DNA of 64,000 bases from Hyphochytrium catenoides (taxonomy: Eukaryota; Protista; Hyphochytriomycota), in contig FLMG01002864.1 of the NCBI GenBank assembly GCA_900088475.1, forward strand, positions 62,001 through 126,000, written 5' to 3'. This document shows positions 40,495 through 51,100 of this stretch, piece by piece; positions within the stretch are counted from its first letter, which is position 1; every line of letters starts with the position of its first letter. The notes below the pieces were generated by a model that was given only the letters and a program-made list of their open reading frames with translations, did no database searches and was not told where the DNA came from. A program made the translations under genes and the position numbers.

Positions 40495-42862
40495 ATGGGG
40501 CTGAATTGCTCCAGACAGTCAGTATGGCTGCCAAGCGGCAGGCAATCGATTGTGAAGTTCTCCGATCCTGAACGGTAACAGCCCTCTCGTGATCGTGTCT
40601 AATTGTCTCTAGCTCCTTTCTCTTGCCGTAGCTCTGACATGCCTTCATTGTCTCTCTTTATCTTTACCTTCTTGCTGCCCCTCACCTTCCTCCTGGTCAA
40701 TGTCAAGTCCTGAAGCTGGTAGTCGTTATGGCAAGAATAGTCTGAGCTACATTAAGCTTGCAACGGTCTATAAAAGGGATGGGAGGCTTAAGACAATCTG
40801 GCGTGAGATGACAATGGTCGTTACAGAGTCAGCCATCCTCCTCTACAAGGACAAGACTGACGTCCAGCTCTCAGGTCCCATATTATAGCCTTTCACTCCT
40901 TTGGTTCCACCTCATCTGTGGGATTAACCTTAAAATCTATGTTCCCCATCTCTCTTGGACTGCCCTGCTTCCCTTTTGTCTTGGGTGCAGCATGAACTCC
41001 ATCAATCTTTGAATGTTCCTCCTCCTCCTTGTCATCAATATCGCGGCGCTTGGATCGCCTCCTTATGATTAGAGTCTTCTCTTCCCTATGATCTGATTTA
41101 TCAACCATGCTCCACTTGATGTTCTTCGTGCCTTACTCTTAGCGTTTCTCTCCTAACAAATCTTTATCCTAGACCCACATCTAGTGATCGACGTGGGGAA
41201 TATTCGCGCCGTTCAGAAGCGGCTCGTCTGGTCATCACTACACGCCTTCAAAGTAAAACTCTACCGCGGCCGAAGCGTCACACTTGCGTGCAGCACCAAG
41301 GAAGAGGTGAGGCGGGGCAGAAAAGCTCGCTAGCAAGATTTAACATGTTGAGAGAATTCTGTTTGAATAGGATAACTATCCTATCCCTGAAGTTAGATGA
41401 CGTTTTGGCCTAGGATAGATTAGTATCTGAGGACGTGCAAAGACTCTAACCTGTGGTGCTCTTCTTTCGCAAACTGGGATATCTCGATCCCTGTTCCAGC
41501 TGGAGGATAGTCTCGAGACTCTGCATCGGCTGCGGAACTCTTCCATCACCAGCTCTCCTAGGTAGGAAGTCCTCTCATGTCCTCTCCTGCTTCAAGTCAC
41601 TTAATTCTGAGAGCACGGGCTAACGGTCGTAATAACTCAGCGAAGGGGATTCGTTATACTTCAGGGAGCCCGAGCCATCTCTCTTCGCTGATGGGCCTGA
41701 AAAGGCTTCCGTTGAAAGAGCCTTTCAAAGGCAAGTGGGTCATGGTTACCGAATCACATTTATCATGAAGCTCAACACTTTGCTGCTCGCATTGTATCTC
41801 CTTCCTGGTCAATGTTGCGTACACACTTTTTAACAAGTAGGTATGCAGATGAGATTGACTCCAATCTTATAATAGATGATGGGATAGTTGCGCTCCGGAC
41901 AGATCTTGAAGACGACAAGGTAGTTACACTCTAAGAGTATGTCCAAGATCACACTGGAGCACTCATCAATGTGCCTTTTTCTATCACTGTATTTCTCTCT
42001 TGTATGGACCCACAAGGACGAGTTACTCATGTACATTCTGGCTTGGTATGCCCGATCGGAGACGCTGAACGTCCTGACCAAACCAGAGTTCGAGCGCCTC
42101 CTGAAAGCGACCGGTACAACNNNNNNNNNNNNNNNNNNNNNNNNNNNNNNNNNNNNNNNNNNNNNNNNNNNNNNNNNNNNNNNNNNNNNNNNNNNNNNNN
42201 NNNNNNNNNNNNNNNNNNNNNNNNNNNNNNNNNNNNNTGCCAAACCTCAAAGCGGAACTCCTGGGAGAGTTATTCCCTGAGTTCTACCGTTTCTGCTTCA
42301 CATTCTCGCTGAACGAAGGAGAGTATAGCGTGCCTAAGGTGCGACTTTGTCCCCTTCATCGTGTCCTCTTGATATTCGAACCGGTAGCATAAAAAGCTTT
42401 GGTGGCGGTTTCTTCCGCTCACAGAATCTGTTCGCCTCCCATGACACATAATTGGATGGAAGATACGGCCAGATCTAATCGGGGACTTGTATGCAGGAAT
42501 GGGCTGTTCCCTTATGGCTTGCAATCCTGAAAGATCAGTATCCAGTAGCTACCTACTGGTGCACATTTCTAGAGGTAAAGTAGCTCACTTGCTGTCTAGG
42601 GGCTTGACGTTGGTGGATGCTGACCAATTTTCTGTAGCAAAGACCCGACATCGAGACTGTTGACGAGGAGTTATGGACGGAGTTTTTTATTTATTTGAGG
42701 CGTCAGGAGACCATACAACCCCACGATGAAGGGTAAGCCTGAGCCCTACTCCCCGATAATAGATGGGCTCATAACCCTCATCTCTGCAGCCCAAAGCTTG
42801 GCCCTCTTCTAGAGCAATTTCAGTCATGGCTGCTGGACAGCAAGAACATGATATCGTTATAG
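40495..42862 (+). CDS. N-acylation motif + PH domain + DCN1/PONY (cullin-binding) domain fusion protein
   Basis: Exon 1 encodes MGLNCSRQ..DPER. PH-like segment: VYKRDGRLKTIWREMTMVVTESAILLYKDK..PHLVIDV..AFKVKL..SVTLACSTKEELED. DCN1-like segment: FQRYADEID..IIDDGIVALRTDL, LMYILAW..LTKPEFER, FPEFYRFCFTFSLNEGE, AVPLWLAIL..YWCTFLE, VDEELWTEF, LLEQFQSWL. TAG at 42860-42862. One stretch crosses the gap at 42121-42237. Confidence 0.8.
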
Positions 42863-43028
42863 CTCCGTCTCCCAAGAAGTCAAACTCTGGTATCTATCTC
42901 TCGTCCGGTGCCTCTCGTTGTCGATCTGCATTGCAGATCGAACACATCCCTACCAGCAGTGCTTAGCTTTCGCGACGGCACTATCAAAGATATTTATTCC
43001 ATCTAATTATGTGGCCTATCCATGCAGA

Positions 43029-43083
43029 GCCCTGCTACGCTTTCCATTGCGTAATGTTGCCCTGCTACGCTTTCCATTGCGTA
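43029..43083. repeat. 30-bp-period tandem duplication with a small internal hairpin
   Basis: gccctgctacgctttccattgcgta occurs at 43029 and 43059; each copy contains tacgc-N8-gcgta. Confidence 0.85.
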
Positions 43084-43288
43084 CCTCCACCCATTCACAC
43101 ATAGCTCTCGTAGGAGAAGTGTACGGGAAAGGTTTGTCGTTCTAAGCATCCTGGTTAAAGGCCTTTCGATACCAATGGAGGCAACGGCATGCAAGAGCAA
43201 CAGCTTCACATCTAGCCCACCAGGATGGATTCTTTCCACAGGATGCTGAGCGTTGCACATTGAAAAGCGAAATTACTTTATGCTGTGG

Positions 43289-46144
43289 TTACTTCATGCT
43301 AAATGCAAATGCAGATGACAACACGTCTTCCTCATCAAATAAGCCTGTTGGAGCGCGAAAGTTGAGTGGGGGGCCCTTCTTCTCCTTCGCCGAAATTTGT
43401 TGGTCAAACAACACCTTGTAAGTGAAGTCAACGAACTCAGAAAGCTCGTACTTCGGTTGCTTCTCTATTTTCTCCTCAAACGCCTGCAGAGTCTGGTGTT
43501 AGGACTGGAGGTCTACGTAACAAAGAGGCATGCCAGAGTAGAGCCAAAATGGTATCGACTAAACCTCGAGGACTAAGAAGAGAGGGAGTTTAAGAGACAA
43601 TAGGTGCATCTGGCAGTAAGTTTTTTGTCCATACCGCCCCCATTGTGGCCACAGCAGGGTTATAATGGCTCTTCATGGTATGGAGCTCCCAAAGAGAGCT
43701 ATCAAGTGCCCCACACTTTGCCATATCCAAAAGCTCTGGACGGAAAGGATCTCTTCCAGTGGAATCTGTGTTTCGTTCGCCAGTGCGGTGAATAAGTATC
43801 CGCAGCTCCGGGTGCCTCAGGAGCTGGTTGGAGGCGAACGGCATGATGAATAGGAGAGCCGCGGGTGGAGCTGTCAAGCTCATGCGTGACAACTTTTTGA
43901 CAAAAGCTGCCACCACATAGATTGGGAGGTGTGAGGAAGACAAAAAGAGATCGAGGAGGTAGAAGAACCTCGCCCTGCATGAGTAGAGTCAGGTGTTACT
44001 TTGATTGATATGAATGGAAGCGCAAGCCAAGGGCTAGATGTTGAAGGAACACAAGTGAACACATTAGTATGGGTGGAAGAGTGCTTGACGTGGGCGATAG
44101 TCGTTTGGGAAGCCCATACCTGTACTGAGCATGCAGGACGGATGGTTCGAGCAGCGAGTAGAGCTTATCATAGAACTTGGGGTAGTCTAGATTGTGCTCG
44201 GTGATAAGGACAAAGAGCCCATTCAGAGCTAGAAGGCTATCCGCTCCGCCTACCGCAGCCAGGATAGAAGATATAGAGACACAGTCAAGAAGCAAAGTGA
44301 GAACAAGCTCAGCGCAATAGCCCCTGATCCTGGCAGCGACGAGCTTACCGAGGTTGTATGAGTCTGTAAGAAAGTCCGAAAGGAGGATGGGCTGCGACAT
44401 GAACGGAATCACCTTCTCCGGAAGACGTAGTAGGATTTTCCGATACACTTCTTTGGCCAGCGGAAGACGCAGGAGCGCAACCCAAGCGGCACTGAAGGCT
44501 TTCTTCACACTTTTGCTGTTGAACGCTGTGTGCCTGTCCCCATGGTCTAGCTCTGAAGCTTTTCGCTTCCCGCCAGTATCTTCATCTGGCAAAGAGAAAG
44601 TCTAAACAGTGAGGATCCACACCTATTTGAGAGGGAGCAAAGATGTGGACTGAACCTACCGCTGCTCTCCTCACTCTCTTCCTCTTCGGACACCCTGGCC
44701 AGCCTGGGTCGAAGAGAGTCTCCAACATCTACTAGAAGGGTATCTAAGCTTAAGAAGTACTGTTGCGGTTTAACCTGTCCATGCAAACCGTGAGCTTTAC
44801 ATGACAAGATAGAGTGACAGACCGTCATTCCACTTACGCATGTAAGGAGGTCAAAGGCATTAGTAGAGAAGTCCTCAGGCGAGCATTTATCTAATTCCGA
44901 CGGCCCCTCCGCTCCTGCTTGCAAGGATTTATTCTGCATACTTCTTCTTTTCGTCTCTATGAGGCTGTGAATATTGGCCAGCTAGAGGTGACGTTAGGCG
45001 GCCTGAATGAGGTAGCGGCCAGGCATACCGGAAAGGCAACAAAGGTAGAAAAAGGTAACAACAGGGGCCGCAGCAGTTGGCTTCTTCAACAAATTGTAAT
45101 GAAACACTTACCAGGTAGTGCCGGACGTCAGCGTAAGGTGCAACATATTCTCCCTTGAACACGCTTAGCAGCTCACCCTTCAGGTGGCTGGTGATAAGCT
45201 ACAGTTGTAAGGGGCGATCCCAATCATCAGGACAGTGGAGTCACGTAGGCGGGTTCGAGAGCCAGTGCCAACACAAGAATAGTTTTTCGGAGAGGATGAA
45301 GGCGTTGGAGGACACATGTTTGACAAACGAAGGAAGAACAAAGAGGCAGCATGGAGGACGTACCAGCTTCTTCACGACACGGGAGAACGTCTCGTTTCCG
45401 AACCTTTTATCTTCAAAACCTTTCAGATCGCCCTCTCGAGCCACGAACTCCATCAACGTCCGAAGTGAGAGGACCTTCAGACAGGGCCGAATGACATAAG
45501 TTGATATGAAAGGGATTAAAGCCAACTCTTTAATAGAGAAGGATTAGGAAGTAAGACGGCCGGCGACACACCTGCAGATGTGTGTCTTGGGAATCGAGTA
45601 ACCGCAATAAATAGTCAAAGTACTTGGACGCTTGGCTCCACAACCAGCTCCTGAACTTCTCAAGAGGAGAATCTCCTCCAGCTTCCGCATCTTCTTCAAC
45701 ACCTTCAGTGAGTGTCTTCCTTTTTTTTCCTGGGTTAATGCTACTCAGCCTTCCCAAGAAGTGACGGTCAACAGGTCTCGGGAGCGATTGCCTTACTCTG
45801 TGCTGCCCTGAGATCTCCGTTGTCAATCCAGTAAATAAATAGCCTCCTAAGAGAGTTTAGTGCAGCCTGCCGAATCGCCGCAACCTGCAAGAGACTATGT
45901 CAGGAACTTAATAGACCTCCATCCTCGTGTCAACAGTCTCACCTCTGACTTCTGCAGCAGCTTCTGAAGCTCCAGTATTCCTGCAGAGGAGAGTGTGAGC
46001 TCTAAGAACGGGATGATAAGCTCTCTTAAACTGACCATTAGCCTCGGTAGTCGACCCTTTTATCCGCGTCTCCGATAACTTTATCCTAGCGACGACGGCT
46101 TCCGTGTCCTCCTTTTCTTCCTTCTTCTCAGGAACCCTCCCCAT
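43289..46144 (-). CDS. NOC4L: Nucleolar complex protein 4 (CBF/Mak21 domain)
   Basis: FSAAWVALL..YRKILL..VIPFMSQPILLSDFLTDSYNLG, SLLALNGLFVLITEHNLDYPKFYDKLYSLL, SSHLPIYVVAAFVKKLSR, ALDSSLWEL..SHYNPAV. TAA at 43289-43291. Confidence 0.95.
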
Positions 46145-46730
46145 GGCTGACAAGGCTACTTTTGCACCAGACACCTGGCACGCGCTATGCTCTCGACTTC
46201 TGCTTCACCGCTATCCCGTCACTCCAGAAGAGGCCCAAGAGTGTGCTACCTTGACTTCGAGACTTCGAGACCAAGCTGCCAATAATCTTCACTTCAAGCT
46301 CAGTTGATGTCTCTCTCTTCGCAGCATGTCCAGCATCAGAATCTCTTGCGAACAACCAACCAAAAGGACACAACTACAGGGGGAGGAGTGGATAGCTCAC
46401 GGGGGAAGGCTGAACCCTTAAGTGAACCCTTAACACTAGTCCAGGGGTTGGTCTAGAGTGCTACTATCTGCTATCTATGAGTGCTGTACAAGCTTCATGA
46501 GCTTCAAGAGTCTCCCCAATAGTTCTATCTCACTGGCGCTCATCAGCAGGCGTCGCTTGCAGATGAAGCTCCAACAACCCTCCTTTGTCTACTCAGTGTC
46601 CTACGTTCTCCTGACTTGGCCATTTCAACCAGCGAAGCTCACATTCATCCCACTTTGGAGACGTTAATCGAAGATCGGAACGGCGTGCTCAGCACTTAAG
46701 CGCATGTTAGGGTTTGCTGCTTGACGAACA
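46145..46730. promoter_or_regulatory. Putative bidirectional promoter, NOC4 / roadblock
   Basis: About 590 bp separates the divergent ATGs. It contains TGAACCCTTAA twice (46411, 46423) and TAGGGTTT (46708-46715). Confidence 0.45.
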
Positions 46731-47306
46731 ATGGTTAGGGATTTCGCAAGAGTTCCACCCATGGTTACGATCTGACTTAGATTCCTTGCAGGCAGAGGAT
46801 GTTACAGAAATTGTGAAGCGCATCAAGAGCCATGCAGGAGTTTTGGGGGTCATGGTAATGGACCAGCAGGAGAGGGTCATCTTCTGCGACCTCAACGACC
46901 AGCAGACCAAGGACCATGCATGCACGATTGCAGCGGTAAGTACAAGTGTTCAAGGAGCGATAGGTATTCAGCCAGTTTCTGACCTAGCGTTTTTATCCAC
47001 AGCTCTCGAAAAAGGCTAGCAGCACCGTTCGCACGCTAGATCCTCAGGTATACTTTCTGTTAGCTACGTATCAAACGTCTTTATGACCTCATGATGACTG
47101 TTCAGGACGAGCTGACCTTCCTGAGGGTGCGCTCAAAGAAGTATGAGATTATGGTCGCGCCAGGTCAGATATTGAATGCTCTCGAAGTGATATTGTTCTC
47201 ATAGTGTTTCTATACGGCTCTGCCATACATAGATAAGGACTATCTGATGATAGTACTTCAAGACCCCAACGTCGCTAGGGACAACATCCAACCCAACAAG
47301 AAGTGA
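46731..47306 (+). CDS. DYNLRB: Dynein light chain, roadblock type
   Basis: An ATG-only first coding exon (ATG|gttagg..cag) is followed by [61 protein letters not shown] and TGA at 47304-47306. Confidence 0.93.
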
Positions 47307-48132
47307 TAAGTCGTCATGGAAGCAAACTTTACAACGGAAATGTTACTATTTTTGTTAGATCAAGCAGAAACTTCAGCCATGCACTTACATCCGCGGGACT
47401 CAACAATTTGAGCATATTATATGAGCCCATAATGGCATCAACAAGAACTGTGATGGCATGTCTGGCAGCCTCACTCCATACTATAGAGATTTCTCGTCGT
47501 CCACGCGGAAGGCTGCCCAAGGGCTGATGCACGGCTAAGACTGGACCACCGCTAATGACCTTGTCCTCTCCGCCGCATCATGCTCCAGATTTCCCAAGCG
47601 ATCTCTTCGTCGACGTGATGATCTTCAAAAGATGTGTGCCGGTGCAGCGTCTGTCCCTTCGTCGATCGATTGATAACCGCGTCTGCATAAAGGTTTATTG
47701 ATGGAAATCTTTCCGATGCTTTTGGTTTCAGATGAATGTTTCAGGAATACATGTAGTGTTATCTGTTGAACATATAGAAGAGTTCCTGGTTGAATTGTTC
47801 AACATAACTTTCGATATGGTCAGAAGACGGAAAGTGTTCGCATTTCTCTCTGGATGAAGCTCTCCTTTGTTTGTCTCTCAGATATCGCTCCAGGTTGAAG
47901 ATCGTCGCCTGAAGATCATTGCACTTTCTTCTCATCTAGGCTACCACTGGCCGTGTATGTCTATTATACAGAGAGAGTAGAGACCATGAAGATGGGTTAG
48001 AGTGTAGAAGAAGTGGCTTGGATTAGTCAATATCTCTCGCCTGCGATGGTCAGCGACGGCATCCAAAGACTGTCAGGATCCGCTTCTCTACAGATCTAAG
48101 TATGGAAGTTACTGCTGGGATCTGACCTGCAA

Positions 48133-51100
48133 ATGTCCCGTAGAGGCAAACCTAGTGGTCCGCCCAAAACAGGTGTGGCCGACGAGCTGGAAGCCATCTT
48201 TGGAAGTTCCTTGGCCTCGGAGTCGAAGCGGGTACGTGCCACGAACAAGCCCGAGGATAGTGTGTAAAGCCCTTACGCCCTTTAAGCCGGCCCCCGGAGG
48301 CACTCTTTCAGGTGATGCAGCCAGAGTGAGGACTCCCAGCCAAGGCGTGGTATCAAGGTATCTTGGGCTAACAGAAGAGAAAGGTGCGCCTCATTTCTAC
48401 CGTGGATGGGTCGTCACCTGGTGGTCTCCCCCTGGCCCGGACCTTCTGTCATCCTGCTCGCTTAACCCTTTCCTGAAGCTGAAACGCCTCCCACCTCGTT
48501 GCCGCTCTCTACCGTCGCTGACATCCGCAAACGCTGTTTCTATTTACTTTCTGGCTTGATTCCACCCGCTACCGCATTGTCCAGAAGACAGCGCGCAAGA
48601 GGCTCTCCTTCCAAGTAAGAAGCTAGTTCGCAAATTGACGGAGCAGCTTCGCGATCGGCTCGCTGTGGCAGAGAAGTCCCCCGGTTCAGATGTTGGACTA
48701 CACATTAACTCAGCGTGCCTGCATTACCTCTGCCTCAAACTGGACTCTTATCTTGTTCCGCAAAGGAACAAAGCTGGCCTGGTGATGCGGCTTCTGTGTC
48801 TTATCAGTCTCTTGTCTGTATCTATGAGGTCCTTCACATCCGCATAAGCGCCTTGTCCCCTTACTTGTTATACGTGGGCTCTACTCTCTTCCATCATTCT
48901 CCACTATGCGTTCTTGCTCAATCATCTCTGACTTCCTGCTGTGCTATATCTCTCTCTCTGCCCGGTGGATTTGCGGCAGTAGGTAGAAGTCTGGTCTTTG
49001 AGGCCTAGCCATGGTGGGACAGAAGCATCGACAATGCTGTCCTCTCCCAACAGTCTTGGCGAAGGAGAAACTCAGGAGAAGATGGAAGTTCTTAGACTTT
49101 CGAACCTCCTCCCTTTGGTTGCATCTTTGGAGCTAGTCAGCCCTCCTCCAGCTAAGATACGCTTTTCCTCGAAGAGTGACCTGTCGATCTTCCCAAGCCT
49201 CCGTCATATCTCTATCAATGGGCTGAAGGGTGAAGATATCGTCAACCTTCACCGCCACTGTCAGAACCTTCAGGCGAGTCTTGCTATATTATTAATCCTG
49301 TTTCCCAACCGGCATTCCGTCATCGCCTTCGCTGTCTCTCTAGGATCATACCTTCATCCGCCATTAAACACTGACTTCCATCTCGTGGCGGTGTCAACTG
49401 TCTAGGAGTGTAGATTGGATCACTGTGAACTGCATTCATTCCAGGACGTAATCGATGGCCCCATGAAATCTATCTACTGGAAGAAACTGAGAAAAATTGA
49501 CGTGAGAGGAGCTTCCTTGGCGGAGAAGACCGCGCTATCCTTTCTGCCCTATATGCATGCCCTTCAGGACCTTACTCTAGCTGAATGTGGCCTTAGAGCC
49601 CTTAGCTTTCCTCTCAAGGGACCACCTCTTCAGCGGCTAGACCTCAGACATAACGCATTGACCGATGTGAAGGGTTTGGAAAACTTGGCATCAACCCTTA
49701 CGACCTTGAATATAAGAGGTAATAAACTTCGCGATCTCAAGGCTCTTTCAACCCTCCAGGCATTGAAGGTAATTCTATGGAAACAGATCTTTGTGCCCTG
49801 TTGATGATCTCTCTCTCTCTCTCTCTTTCTATCTCTTTCTATCTGTGTGTGTGTCTCTCTCTCTGCGTATGTGTGTGTGTGTGTCTCTCACTCTCTGTCC
49901 CCCATGCACACACACACATATAACCATCGACTCCTTGGTCCGCCTTGGTCACATTTCTTTTCTCAAAGTCTTTCGTCTTTTAAATTCTCGCCATGTAGAT
50001 CTTGGACGTGTCGTCTAACCGGTTGAAGGACGCGAGTGTCTTAAGAGAGCTTTATAAAGCTAAACACTTGGAGTCAATATACCTCTCGGACAATCCTCTA
50101 ACCCACGCTCCACTCTACAGAGTCACGGTAAGCCGATAGGTCAATGTTGGTAGGAGAGAAGCCATGAAACACCCACGTAGAGGAGTGGATAATGCGTGGT
50201 CAGAGATAAAGACAACTTCAATTTGAGCGGCATAAAAGCTAAAGAAGATCTTAGGTTATGCAAATTCTTGGGACTCGCGTAACTCTTGATGGTCTTCCCT
50301 GGACAACCCAAGAGGTAACCTACTTCTTGAGGTCACAGCATTCTGATCTGGACTTGGTCTCCAAGCTCTTCATTCCTTGCCTTCACTAGGCCTCTCTCCT
50401 TCCAAACCTTCCCGCCAAACTGACAGCACAACTGGTACTAACATGTTCATGGTAGTTATTGTCTCTGGCCGCTACTGAAGCCAGCACTATGAAGCCTACA
50501 AACGTTAGGATGACGGAGGTCTACATTTCTTTCTTACAACTGAATGCTGCTTCTTGTCCTCTGGCCTTGCGGATCTCTTCTAGCTATTTACACTCTCTCC
50601 TGGGCAGATCCAAAGTGCCTTTGGCCCGTACAGTACAGTTGGCACCAGTAATAGGAATCTGTCAGCAGTTATAACTCCGAGCACCAGAACTAATGTTCGG
50701 AGGTTGCGGAGGCGGAAGGAGAGGAACAAGAAGGTAGATAGCCAATAGAGCTTCATCGTTACCTCTTTTTCGCCCATGCTAATATACCATCATATCCTCA
50801 ATTCATCTCTCTCCGGACCTTAGATAGCAGTAATTGGACGAGGGGACTTGGTATTGAAGCCTTCTCCAAAGTCTGTGGAGTCTCTATCTCCGAACTTGCG
50901 CCACCTTTCACCAAAAGTAGACCAAGGAAGGGCTCTCAAAATGAGTGAGGGCGAGAGAAAAATAGAGACGTCAAGAGAAGTTGAAGAGAGAGGAGGAGAA
51001 AGAGCTCGGATGACCTTTGCTTCGGGTTTTGGTTCTGCACTCCTCGTGCCAGGAAGTATGGTGAGCCTCTATCGCTTGCTTGACGTTTTGCATGCGGCTA

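Noticed and set aside
45200-45270. tRNA suggested by GGTTCGA (also near 708, 33316 and 44144)
   Set aside because: No cloverleaf or acceptor stem could be formed.
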